The notes beneath the pieces are model-generated. The model saw only the letters and a list, made by a program, of their open reading frames with translations, did not search any database and was not told the DNA's origin. A program made the translations under genes and the position numbers. DNA of 64,000 bases from Octopus sinensis. Lineage: Eukaryota. Shown piece by piece: positions 23,522 to 36,659 of the stretch. How positions within the stretch are numbered: the stretch's first letter is position 1; every line of letters begins with the position of its first letter. The stretch is from contig NC_042999.1 of NCBI RefSeq assembly GCF_006345805.1, positions 45,508,001 to 45,572,000 of the forward strand, written 5' to 3'.

Positions 23522-23952
23522 GTTTAACAAGCATTTTATAAACTGTACATGTTTCAAGTTTCTACTATTTGCCATAATATTATTCATTTACCAGGGCTTT
23601 GAACTACTGAATTCCTATTAAAAAAAAAAAGAAAAAAGAATGCTGTTCATACACATGTAAATATGTACCTCCCCATGTGAATTGTTTTTTTTTTCACAAT
23701 GCACAATATATATACAGTGTCATGATGTCTGTATATTCTAAATAAGCTCAATGATATCACTGATGCAGGCTTTGGTTCTCATTTCTTTTAACCCTTTCTG
23801 GCTCACAGCAAATAAGGAATTCATACCTAAGATATTTACGTAACAATTATTGTCATTTTAAAATTAGAAACAATCGCACACATGCATGCACGCACGTGCG
23901 CACACACCACACACACTCAGAGAGACACACACACACACACTCACACACAGAT

Positions 23953-23985
<33 letters not shown>

Positions 23986-24051
23986 GACACACACACACAC
24001 AGACACACACACACACACACACACACAATACTGGCATAACTGTGGGGTAAG

Positions 24052-24089
<38 letters not shown>

Positions 24090-24540
24090 GATGCACATGC
24101 ATGCATACACAAGCTTGTATGCATGTATATGTGTATATAAGTGTGTATGTATATATGTGTGTGCTCATGCGTGCATGCACATGCACACACACACAGATAT
24201 TTATTTATTTATGTAGAAAAGGGATGCCGACATTTCCCAGGAAATAAAGTGCACAGTGGGGAGGCAGTTTGTTGAACAAGAATTCTCATAATTCTTTATG
24301 AATTTATTTTTTCAAACACAATGTCTATATTATTTGTAACCGATATAAATGGTTCTTTTTTCGCTTTTAAAACTATTTCATACACAGACACGCATACAGT
24401 TGTATGCATGGTTATGTATATATATATATATATGTGTGTGCATATCTGTGTACATGCTGATACATACATATGAATATATATGTAAGTATATATGTGTGTG
24501 TGTGTGTGTGCATATAAACACATGTATGCAAACATGTATG

Positions 24541-24572
<32 letters not shown>

Positions 24573-24669
24573 TGATCTGTATCAATTTTAATATTTGTTT
24601 CACCACACCTGCATACATAGGTAGATTCTCTGCTGCACTGTATCTCATTAATTGACATTTCACCACATC

Positions 24670-24978
24670 ATCCCAAGTCTTCGTTGCCCTCCCCTTGCAC
24701 AGGTTTCATTTACTTTGAGTGCCCTGCCCTTCTATATACAGCTGTCTTTCTTTATATACATCACTTGCTCACATCAATGCAAACTACTTTGTTCTAATTT
24801 TCCTCTCAATGGATTTGTGTTTTATCATTTATGCACACATCTAACTTCATTCCTTTCTTTGCAATTCCCTTACATTCAAGGCCTACATCTCATTACCATG
24901 CAATATTGTGCTTCATATACAAGCTTCATAGAGTGTGTCCTTCACTCTAATGGTGAAGCACTTTGTAACCAGCAGTGA
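24670..24978 (-). pseudogene. Old degraded RTE ORF2 fragment
   Basis: The translation LLVTKCFTIRVKDTLYEACI*STILHGNEM aligns with LLVTKGLSLRVKGRLYDACVRTAMLHGSETW at 39 kb. Confidence 0.7.
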
Positions 24979-25852
24979 TTATACAGGGTGTCCCAAAATT
25001 AAGGCAACCAAGTTTTTCAATTTTGCCATAGTAAAATATTGTTATATTTTGGGTCCGAGCATTGCAATGCAATGGTAAAGGAAACACAATTATGGCACTA
25101 CCACATCTATTCGATATGGACACCTCTGTTTTGAATCACAACCTTAAGTCTAGGTGTGAATGCTTCACATATGGTACACAACAGTGCTTATTTCCCCTGT
25201 GTACCTGTTGCATGTGGAATCTACTTCTGGGTTAGCTTCCCTGTAACCCCTCTATACTCTTTGTGTGGTCATCACTTACACTGGATACAATATTCAGAAC
25301 TTCTTCCTGTCATCTCCCTGGTGGTAGTAGTCCTATCTTCTCTACTGTTTACTAATATTTAGTCTTTGTTAAATTTATTTTCAGGTCTTTTCATTTGAGG
25401 CTTTGCTTCTGCATCTGAATTTCCTCTAATTCTTCTACAGATTCATCTCTAAGGACTGGGTTATCATGTGTATAGAAAAGGACCTAGATCTTACAGCTGT
25501 TTCCATATCCATCTGGTCTTAAAATCCTCTGTTCTGGTTAAACAGAAAGAGTCTCAGGACTGAGCCCTGATGGTGTTCTATTGGCATGCTAAATTCATCA
25601 CTAATCTCACTACTGATTCTCACCTTGCAGTCCATACCTATGTACATGGTTTGTACAGCTATCATAAGTCATTTGTCTACTCTTGGCTTCTTTAGTGTTC
25701 ACAAGATCACAGAGCAAAATGCTCTTAGGAAGTATCTCTATTCTAAGTACACCATACTGTTGTCAGTTGAAATGGCTGGTCCCCCCCCCCCCCCATTGGG
25801 TCTATCTTGGATTCTCACTTAACTATTTCTTATAATTGCATATATATATATA

Positions 25853-26285
25853 TCTTTTATCTTCTACATGATCTACATGTTTCAGTTATTAAATTGCAGC
25901 CATGCTGGGGCACTGCTTTGAAGAATTTTTAGTTGAATGAATCAACCTCATTACTTATTCTATTAGTCTCTTTTGCCAACTGCTAAGTTATGGAAACATA
26001 AACACACCAACAGCAGTTGTCATGCAATGGTGTGGGACAAACACAGACAGAAAGACACACTCACACATGCACACTCACGCACTCACGCACGCATGCACGC
26101 ACACACACACACACACACACACTCTCTCTCTCTCTTTCTCTCTCTCTCTGACATACGATAGGCTTCTTACAGTTTTCGTCTACCAAAATAATAAATGAAA
26201 TTTACTCTGCTGCACACTGAGACCGAACCTGAAATCATTGAGTTGTAAAAAGAGCTTCTTAACCACAGGGCCATTCCTCTACCTA
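25853..26285 (-). mobile_element. SINE family A, diverged
   Basis: Both halves plus a (CA)n/(CT)n hinge. Confidence 0.75.
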
Positions 26286-27450
26286 TACAGTATGTGCATA
26301 TGCTACAGTGACAGTCTAATACCATTCTGTATAACAATGAAATTCCTACACATTCTCCCCCCCCCACTTCATTGAAAAAAACATCCCTCTAAGGTGAACA
26401 CAAGTATCATCCTGAAAATGTTGAGAATTAATCCTATGTCCAAGGGCTTCTTTGATTTCATTTAGTTGGGAAGTAAGGGATTGTTAATTCTTTTCGTTCA
26501 GTTCTCTGAAAAGACTTTTATATTTCAAACCATTTTCCTTTTTGTAGAATATCTCCTTGCCTTTTATCTTGTTTTTCTTTTTTCATCCTTTAAAACCAAC
26601 CAAAGTATAATTGATTGTATGTCATTTGGCTGTGATACAGGGACATTTGCTATTCACTTTCTCATTCAAAGTGCTTAAACGTTTTTCTTTTTTTTTTTTT
26701 GTCTTTCGTTGCGATTAAAATAATTTGTTTTCAAAAACTGGTGCCTAGCAATGGTTTGAAAAAATCCCCCCCCCCAAAAAAAAAAGAGAGAGAAATCCAA
26801 TGAAAACTTTTTTTGTTTCTCTGTAAAGAGATTCACTTAATTACTTGTTGAATTTAAAAGTCAAGGCTAATATCTTTTATTCAGCATTGTTTATGCAGTA
26901 TTATCCTTGTTGTTTGCTTAGCTGTGTTCATACTAAATAGACAGTGCTTTAAAGAGGTTAATCACCATGGAAATGTTTCTTCAAAAGAAAATATATTGAT
27001 TTGCCACTTTTTAGATGTTTTTAGCTTGCCAAAGGATATTGGCAATAGAACTTTTATTTCTACTCACCAAAATAAAGGTTCTGGGTTCAAACCAAGCTTA
27101 TAAAAATGAATACATGTTCTGAAGGCAATTGAGGATTGCCTTCAGAACATGTTGATGATGAGCACATAAAAGATGAAATTAATAGTCTGAGAAATTAATG
27201 TTGGTGTAGTAATTAATGGATAACTTATCTCAGAAACGAAGGCAATCAATGCTATAACATTTATGTTGTTGCGTTGCATGCATGACATATTTTCAGAGTC
27301 ATGTGAGGCAACCCAATGATCATGTGAGCCATTTTATGCAAGAGGGGTAGCAGTTCGATGTGGGAGGCTGGCTTTGCAGTTAAAGAAAGTTTCTTGTCAT
27401 AAAAGACTGCATTTCACTTTGAAATTACTTTGATAAACACTTTACTTTAA

Positions 27451-27666
27451 CCTTTTAGCACTTAGATTACTCTGCCAAATGTAATGCTTATTTGTTCATT
27501 GTTTTGAATTAAACATGCGTTATCTTGTAGCTCAGGGATTTCAATAACGTGATTTCGTTTTAAGAATGACATTGTAGGGTAGGTGTAAGAGGCTGGATAT
27601 GGCTGCTTTGGACATGAAACAGGTAGAATATTTGGGCTAGAGATGGCCAGTTTAAATGCTAAAGGA
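27451..27666 (-). mobile_element. piggyBac-type MITE, inverted relative to 27988-28208
   Basis: TTAA on the left. It is the reverse complement of the family consensus. Confidence 0.75.
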
Positions 27667-27987
27667 TTCGAACAAATGCTTACTTGGCTTATTTCTATGA
27701 CGATAAAGATGAGATGCACTAAATGATGACAGATTAATATTGCATGAATACTAATTGATAAAATATGAGACTGAACAAAACGTACAGCACTCATGTTCAA
27801 GAAATATTCAAAGATGGTGTGTTTTGAAGTATTTGTGGAAGAACTTGATAAAAAGAAAGTCAAGTTGCTTGTAACTACTTTAGACACCTTAAATTGAGTG
27901 ATATCCATTTGGAAAATAGTATGAAGTGTATACAAATATAATTGCTCTGACATGCACACATATATTGTTCTTTTGAGTAATGTTTAA

Positions 27988-28208
27988 CCTTTTAGCATTT
28001 AAACAGGCTATATCAGGCCCAAATATTCTAGCTGTTTTAGGTTCAAATTGGTCAGATCCAGTCTCTCTCTCATCTACCTTACAATGTCATGCTGGAAATA
28101 AGCAATCACATCATCAAAATCTCAATGCTACAATATAATTACGACTAATTCAAAATAATGTAAATGACTATGTATTACTTTTAACAAATTAATCTGAATG
28201 TTAAAGGG
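27988..28208 (+). mobile_element. piggyBac-type MITE (221 bp)
   Basis: TTAA-CCTTTTAGCATT ... AATGTTAAAGGG-TTAA. Confidence 0.8.
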
Positions 28209-28907
28209 TTAATGGTATTTTTGTCTTGAGATGTTTTTTCTTGGCAACTCTCTATCAAAAATTTCTTGAAGAAAATCTGTCATTTTATAAGCATATGCCT
28301 ATCGGGGATTATCCTGAAAAAAATCATGACATTATCCCCTTAGCAATATTCTAAGTCCTGTCTCATACAATGGATTACAATAAGTAAGGCTAGCTTCTAC
28401 AACAGTAGATGAGTTTGAGATCTAATCTGATGTCTGAACAGCAACAAGTTTGTAAGCTAATCTGTTACACTGTCAATATGATGGAAACTAATCTTTTCCC
28501 AAACACTGTATGACATGCTTGGTGAACATGAGTTTGAAAACAAGAGTGGGACCAGAAGTCAAATGCACTGTAAAAAGAGAGGAGAACTATAACAATCCTG
28601 TAGGTGTTTGATTTAACTCCTGCAGTCATGCAGTTCTACTTGCTTGTCACATGAGCTGCTATTACTTGACAGGGTTAGCGGTTTGATAGAGGACATTGAC
28701 TCTGAAGTTGAAGGAAGCTTCCTGGGGTTAAGAACCTTGTATGAATATGGCATTACTTGGATGAATACTTTCTGAGAATTACATAAGTACTTATAAATAC
28801 AGACTTAGAAATACAAATAAGAAACGTAGCTGCATTCAATGGAAACTGATTGGATAAATAAGTTACTAGGCACATGTGCTGCTCTGATTTTGAGTTTATA
28901 TCCTATT

Positions 28908-29295
28908 TCTTTTATTTTTTTATTTGTTTCAGTCATTTGACTGTGGCCATGCTGGAGCACTGCCTTTAGTTGAACAAATCGACTCCAGGACTAATATTTT
29001 GTAAGCCTTGTACTTATTCTGTCGGTCTATTTTGCTGAACTGCTAAGTTATGGGGACATAAACACACCAACACCGGTTGTGAAGCAATGGTGATGGGACA
29101 AACACAGATGCACAAACATATACAAATAAATACGACAGACTTCTTTCAGTTTCCATCTACCAAATTCACTCACAAGGCTTTGGTCAGCCTGAGGCTATAG
29201 TAGAAGACACTTGCTCAAGGTGCCACACAGTAGGACTGAACCTGGAACCATGTGGTTGGTAAGCAAGCTACTTACCATACAGCCACTCCTGCACC
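28908..29295 (-). mobile_element. SINE family A, full length
   Basis: Reverse complement of the 9212-9634 type. Confidence 0.9.
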
Positions 29296-29520
29296 TGGTG
29301 TGATATATATTTAATAAGGTGCATGTGTAGTTTGTGCTGTGAAAAGTTTGTTTCCCAACAATATAGTTTCTGGTTCAGTCTCACTGTGTGGCAACATGGG
29401 CAAGTGTCTTCTATTATAGCCCTGAGCTAACCAAAGCCTTATGAATGGAGTTGGAAGATAAAATGGAAAGAAGCCGATCATATATCTGTGTATTTGTGTT
29501 TATGTGTGTGTGTGTGTGTA

Positions 29521-29960
29521 TCTATTATATAAAATCCATTCTGTTTGTCTGTGTGTGTGTGTCTTCTAGGATCTCGGGCATCCTCCATCCGATTGCGCTC
29601 AAATTTGATATGTAGATACCAATGGTATCAGGGCGTGTATAAGTCTTGAAAAAATTACAAAAATCGATTCCAGGTGGGAATGCGATTGATAAAGCCATGG
29701 GAAAGTGCATTTGTATGTGCAAGTACATCAGCTGTTGCGATTGAAACTACGCGTACGTGAGAAAAATGCATGTGCAGTTTGCGCAAAAAAAGCCTGCTGA
29801 CTTGAAATAATGCCAGAAAATGCAGTATATTTAAGAGAGCAAAAAAGTAAGATGCAAAAGAGATATTTTCTTCAAACTTGGCATGAAGGAAGGAAAGACT
29901 ATTTGGTTTCTCAAGAAGGTGTTTTTTGGCTTTAACTTTGTTTAACAAAACCAAAAATGT
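29521..29960 (+). mobile_element. Probable Helitron-type non-autonomous element, 5' part (different family)
   Basis: A|TCTATTATATAAAA start, a short (GT) tract and a GATTGCGCTCAAATTTGATATG motif. No 3' hairpin/CTAG end was found. Confidence 0.45.
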
Positions 29961-32136
29961 TATCGAAATAAAGGCATGCTTAATTATTTTTTAATGAAAA
30001 GAAAACACTGATTGCTTTTTATTCAGCAGATATGATTCAGCACCATCCATTGGACGGGGAGGGGGGATGGGCATTTTGCTAGTATATATATAAATATATG
30101 TATGTATGTATATATGTATGCATGGAAGTGTGTGTCTGTTTGTGACTCCTTGTCTTGACACCACATGGTTGTTGTAAATGAATGTCCATTTCTAGTATTC
30201 TGTAAAAAGAAATGTCTGGCCATGGAGAAGCATTAACTTGACAGGAAGGGCATCTGGCCTTAGCAAAATCTACTTCAGTAAATTCTATCTGACCCATTCA
30301 AGCAAAGAAAAATTGACATTTTAATGTCTACTTTTTAATGATGATAAACGATAAATTTGCTGGCATTCATTGGGTGTCTCTTAATTGTGTTTGTTCTGAA
30401 ATAAAATCAATGCCACAAGTTTTTGGTGATCATATTACTAAAGATTGAAGGACATTCGCAAGATTTCTGTTCACAGCATGATCAGAGTTTTTCTCTCTTT
30501 CTTTCTTCTTTCTTTCTTTCTTTCTTTTCTATATTTTCTTTCCTTCCTTCTCTTAAAGGTGTTCTACTCTATTTATTTAGGCAGGAACCGACCACAGACT
30601 CAAATCCTAGCTGTTATTATATTTTTGCATATATATATATTTGGTTAACATCAGTTTTCATTGTTGATATAGGTTAGATGATATTTTTTTCTCCATGAAA
30701 CTATTTCTCTAAGCATCTCTCTCTCTCTATCTCTCTCTTTTCTTGTCCTGGCTTCTTTCAGTATTCTAAATGACAGAACATATATGCCAAGTTTGCTTAT
30801 TAATTCCTAGTGCTATCTAAAGCTGGATTCCATACAATGCATACAGTGAATTAGTTGAATCTGGAAGTGAATGCAGTCAGTCTTTTAATCTATACATCTG
30901 TTTGTACACATCTGTTTCTCTTTCTCTTTTTGTTTTGTTTTCTTTTGTTCATATTTCAAGACTGTTTAAAGATTTTTATTTGTAGTGTATTTTTCTCATG
31001 GTGCATTGATTCATTTAACAGGAAATAATGGCTTTCTTTGAAACTAGAAGCAAAAAAAAAAAAAAGAAAAAAAAAAAAAAGAAAAAAGATTAACTTGCTT
31101 TTCAGAACAAAATGCTTGTAATCATAAGATTTGATAAGATCTTGATAAAGATGAGAGGACTTATTAAGCAATATTTCTTGGAAAGAACTAAAGAACTTTT
31201 GTATTTATATAGCAATAAGCATCATTATTTTCTTCCCAACCTGAGTCTTCTAATGAAATAGAAAACCATGCCATGTTTTGCCATTTTCTTTCAGGAGTTT
31301 GTGTTGCAAAACGTTGTTGTTTAGCCCCAGGTCATCACTGATTGAGCCGATCAATGATCAAATTGTTCTAGCTAAAAGCATCTCCGCTATTATTCAGACA
31401 TGGTATATCTAAAGATTACGTTATCTTATGTATTACCCTTTCTTCCTTTCCATTCCTTTTTCTTTTTTTTATTTGAGACAGAAGAATGTGATTTGAGTGG
31501 CTACAGAGTACCTTCTTTGTTTGTGTTTCTTTGTGGTTGTCTGTGCTAAATTTGGTTATATTGCATGTAAATGTTGGGATTTCACTTCTACTAGAATCCT
31601 GATAATAATAAATGGTAGCCTCTCAGTCCAAGAAAAATGGTTCTGCAATTTCTTGTTGAACGACTTACACAAATGATGATATGTTTATATCGATCAATTG
31701 TTTGTACTGCACATAGGTTTTCATTCCCTCCATCAAATTGATGTTACCTGAACAGGTGTATGGTGTGTCACACGTCAGGCGTTAAAGTGATTGCAGAGCA
31801 TCATGAGCTGCAGTGTTTTTGCTCAAGGTCACAATGCACCACCCAAACTGGGAATTGAACCTACAATCCTGTGAAATGGTAATTGCAACAACCTAACCAG
31901 TAGGCCCAGAGGAAGGAATAACACTCACCTATGCTGTAAATATATCTAATAATGCTAATTAAATTATGGGATTTCATGGGAAAAGACAACGGGAAATTGA
32001 CATTCACACATTTTCATATGAGTATTGGTTGTTAAATTAAATTGTTGAAGACTTACTGTTTGTACTACAGTCAGTGCCTGTTGGTCATCACAATAACATA
32101 AATAACAAAAGCTTAATGAACTCTGCTTCTTATTAG

Positions 32137-32209
32137 TCTCTATGAATCAAATTTTCTTAAGTGAATATAATCAATGGTACTCATTAGTTTCTGAGATAGA
32201 TTGGATAAT
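32137..32209 (+). CDS. Candidate 73-nt internal exon (SMNQIFLSEYNQWYSLVSEIDWI)
   Basis: Acceptor ctctgcttcttattag and donor AAT|gtaagt. Only one of the three frames is open. Confidence 0.3.
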
Positions 32210-32936
32210 GTAAGTTAATTATTTCATAATCTTTTCTTCATCTTCTTTTGTTTTTCTTTCTTTCTTATATACCGGCATACATTGGTTTGCACTGTACCAT
32301 TATATCATGTTTGCGGAGACCAATTAAAGACATGCCTCTTCAAAGAGGTATCACACAAATCATTCTTTTAGATTGATATTATTCCTGTGTATCCCTTCCT
32401 AAACATGTACACTCACAATTAGAGGCCTAATTAATACATACTTGCTTGATTGGTTATGTTAAGTTCATGGGAGCAGTTGCTAGGTTTCATTTTTTTTCTC
32501 CTTTTGTTTCTGAGAACAAGTCTTCTTCTTTAAATAACTGAAATCTATGAAATTAATATTGCTTTTTTTTGACAAAATATGGATTATTCTCTTATTCATT
32601 TGCTGGTTTGAGCCATTGATCTGGCAGCAGTTCTGGAGTACAGTTTTCAAAAGGTTTTTAGTTGATTATATTGCCTTCAATGCTTTTTTTCTGATATTTA
32701 TTTTTTGTGCTTGGAAGGATGTAAGGCAAAATTGACCTAGGCATAAAGAGACAACCAAAAAACCACCAAATATTTTCGTTTGATGCTGGCACAATTGTGT
32801 GGTTAATAAGTTTGATTCACAATGATAGCATTTTGAGTTTAAGCTCACTCTGTGGCACTTTGGGCAAGTATTTTCCACTAAACCTTTGGACCCACCAAAC
32901 TTTGTGAGGGAATTTGGTAGATAGAAACTGTAGGAG

Positions 32937-33160
32937 GGCTGGCAGAAATGTTAGCATGCCAGGCGAAATGCTTAGCGGTATTTTGTCTGCCGTTACGTTC
33001 TGAGTTGAAATTCTGCCGAGGTCAACTTTGCCTTTCATCCTTTCGGGGTCAATAAATTAAGTACCAGCTACGCACTGAGGTCGATGTAATTGACTTAATC
33101 CCTTTGTCTGTCCTTGTTTGTCCCTTCTATGTTTAGCCCCTTGTGGGCAATAAAGAAATA
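32937..33160 (+). mobile_element. SINE family B nested inside a SINE family A copy
   Basis: An exact 14-bp TSD AGAAACTGTAGGAG at 32923-32936 and 33161-33174. Confidence 0.9.
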
Positions 33161-33901
33161 AGAAACTGTAGGAGAACTTGTCATGTGTGTATGTGTGCAC
33201 GTATGTATATGTATATATATTTGTTGTAGTTTTATTAAATCAGTGTTTAATCCTGCCCATATATTTATTGATTGAAATAATGTGGTTATTAATCTTTTAC
33301 TTTTATACTATGGAAGATGGTAGGGATTATAATTTTTGTATGGTTTAATAGAGTTGTCGCTGTTTAGTTACATATTTAGGTGTAGTTGTAATTTATTTAT
33401 TGAATTTATTTATTGATACGGTTGTACATAGAGTAAATGTGTTTGAAAGTTGTGGTTTCTTTGGTTTGTTTGTTCCCAAACAACACTTATTTTAGTGCTG
33501 TTGACACCACTGGATTGAATGGTCCTGCTTAGGTGTCGAAACCATAATGATATCCATTGTGCAGCTGATGATGGAGGCATGTTGGATCGTTTGAATGGCA
33601 GTTTTTGTATTTGTGGATATAGTATTATTGGATTGTTAGTATGGCTGTGGAATAGTATTAATAATACATCCTTTTGATATATGTATGTATGTATATATGG
33701 TGTGTATGTAAGTGTATGCAAAGTAGTGTTGATAGTATGACTGACTGCTTTGGAGTGACAAAACCCCTATTTGAAATGCAAGTATAAGAATTTTAGTCAA
33801 GTTAATTGATCCCAGTACTTATTGTTTTGTAAAGTTTGTTACTTATTCTATTAGTCACTTTTGCTGAACTAAGTTACAGGGACAAACATACACAAAGACA
33901 T

Positions 33902-33935
<34 letters not shown>

Positions 33936-35630
33936 GGCTTCTTTCAGTTTCTGTCTACCAGATCCACTCACAAGGCTTTGGTTGACCCAAGTCTATAAGT
34001 CTTTTGCTGAACTGCTAATTTATAGGACATAAACAAATCAACCCTGGTTGTACACAAGACACTTACTCACACAAAGACACACACACACACATGCACTTAT
34101 ATATGATGGGCTTCCACACAGTTTCTGTTTATCAAATTCCCTCACAAGGCCTTGGTCAGCCCAGTGCTACAGTAGAAGGTGCTACATGATGGGACTGAAC
34201 CTGAAACCATGTTGTTGTGTAGATAACTTCTTAACCACACAACCACGTCTGCATCTACAAAGAAAACTCATTTTTTCCAACTATTGAACACATTTTTGTA
34301 TATTCTGCTTTATTAATCGCATATTTATAATTCTACAGCCTTGATCCACATGTTAATCATGCTAAGACATCTTTGATCCATGCAGGGACAGTGTTTGATG
34401 GACATATAAAATTACATTTTTTTCTTTCTCTTGCTTTCATAGTTTAACTTTTTCCCTCTAATTTTCTCAACTCTGTATATAATTCTTGACTGTTCATTCT
34501 TCTTACAACATTCTGAATTATTATATTTTCTTTTTTCTAAACTTTATTAAATTGATTTTTCTAGTTGTTTTCATTAACGAATACTCAAATTTATGCCACT
34601 TTGGACCTAATCTTGTTTTATCATAGCCATCTGTAAATAACTTCACTGCATGTACAAAAGAGTTAGTGTAAAGATTTATTTATTCATAATCTCTGTGGAA
34701 GTTTAATTGTACCATGCAATATTGTACTTATCTGAAATGATAAATTAGACCTAAGAAATAAAAACCAAGAAGAGAAACAACCGAAAAAAAGAAAAAAAAA
34801 CCTTGTTTTTAGATTATATTTATTTTTCTGTCTGAAATATTTTGTTTTGTTTGTTTGTTTGAAATGTTTTAAGTGTATTATTTGTGTGCATGTCTGTGTG
34901 TGTGTATATATATATATATGTACATATATAGGTATTTATATACATACACATATGCACGTGTGTGTATATATATATATATGTACATATATAGGTATTTATA
35001 TACATACACATATGCACGTGTGTGTATATATATGTATATATGCATGTGTGTATGTGTATATATATATATATAGATTACATAGAATATGCATGTGCTTGTG
35101 TATGTGTGTGTATATATATATACATACAGAGAGAGAGAGAGAGAGAGACATTTGTAGAAGTGTGTAAATACACTTCTGTGTATATCTTTTGCATGGTGTG
35201 TGTGTGTGTGTGTGTGTTTGTATTTAATATCTTTTTGCATTTGAAGTTTCCTTCTATATGTCTGAACTTGTTGGTCATTAGCCGATCAATAAATCGTTTG
35301 ACTGTAATTGATAATGGTTGCTAATGACAACTGCTGTTCCCAGCAGAATAGTTCACATACCTGGCAACTGCTCTGTATGGGTACGCTTTGATTTCATTAT
35401 CAACATGTTAGTTACCCAGTCTATATCACGTATTCTTTCCTGCTTTACAGTAATTACTAGGCTTTAGATTAATCTAGATATTTTCTCAAGTTTTATAAAA
35501 TCGCATTATCTACGACCAAACGTAGCAGTAAGAGAATACAGTTTTTTGCCCTTTTTACTTTCTTCTTTTGAAAATCTATAATCATACAAAAATCATACAC
35601 ACTTTCACAATTCAGGGAGCCACATATGTA

Positions 35631-35632
<2 letters not shown>

Positions 35633-35671
<39 letters not shown>

Positions 35672-35774
35672 ATGCGTTTGTGCATGAGTGTCGACATGTA
35701 TATAAGTGTGTGTGTGTGAGTCATCATCATTGTTTAGTGTTCGACCACCATGCTAGCATGGGTGGAACAGTTTG

Positions 35775-35814
<40 letters not shown>

Positions 35815-36005
35815 ATATGTGTGTGTGTGTATGTATATGTGTGTGTATGTATATGTGTGTGTGTATGTATGTATGTGTGTGTATATGTATATTTGTATGT
35901 GTATGTATATGTGTATGTGTGTGTATATATATGTGTGTGTGTGTATGTGTATATATGTGTGTTTGTATAATATATACATATATATATAGATATATATATA
36001 TGCAC
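35633..36005. repeat. Compound (GT)/(GTAT) microsatellite
   Basis: Direct reading of the sequence. Confidence 0.95.
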
Positions 36006-36346
36006 ACAAGCATGTATGGTAAGAAGCGTGCTTCCCATCATGCGTTTCTGGGTTCAGTCCCACTGTGTGGAACCTTGGGCAAGTGTCTGCCACTATAGTC
36101 TTGGGCCAACCAAAACCTTGTGAGTGGATTTGGAAGAGAGAAACTGAAAGAATCCGGCCTTATATATATCATCATCATCATCATCATCATTTAACGTCCG
36201 CTTTCCATGCTAGCATGGGTTGGACGGTTCAACTGGGGTCTGGGGAGCCCGAAAGCTGCACCAGTCCAGTCAGATCTGGCAGTGTTTCTACAGCTGGATG
36301 CCCTTCCTAACGCCAACCACTCCGAGAGTGTAGTGGGTGATTTTAT

Positions 36347-36656
36347 GTGCCACCGACACAGGTGCCAGACGAGGCTGACAAACGGCCACGCTCGGATGGT
36401 GTTTTTATGTGCCACCGACACAGGTGCCAGACGAGGCTGGCAGACGGCCACGCTCGGATGGTGTTTTTATGTGCCACTGACACAGGTGCCAGACGAGGCT
36501 GGCAGACGGCCACGCTCGGATGGTGTTTTTATGTGCCACCGACACAGGTGCCAGACGAGGCTGGCAGACGGCCACGCTCGGATGGTGTTTTTATGTGCCA
36601 CCGACACAGGTGCCAGATGAGGCTGGCAAACGGCCACGATCGGATGGTGCTTGTTA
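36347..36656. repeat. Five near-identical 62-bp tandem units
   Basis: GTGCCACCGACACAGGTGCCAGACGAGGCTGGCAGACGGCCACGCTCGGATGGTGTTTTTAT starts at 36347, 36409, 36471, 36533 and 36595. Confidence 0.95.
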
Positions 36657-36659
36657 CGT

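Noticed and set aside
27153-27192. C/D-box snoRNA (ATGATGA ... CTGA)
   Set aside because: The boxes are only ~35 nt apart, with no terminal stem or recognisable guide.
27462-27959. 165-aa minus-strand ORF
   Set aside because: About 40% of it is a MITE, and the remainder has no recognisable motif.
34880-35020. ~62-bp exact tandem duplication
   Set aside because: It lies wholly within a TA/TG microsatellite and is ordinary slippage.
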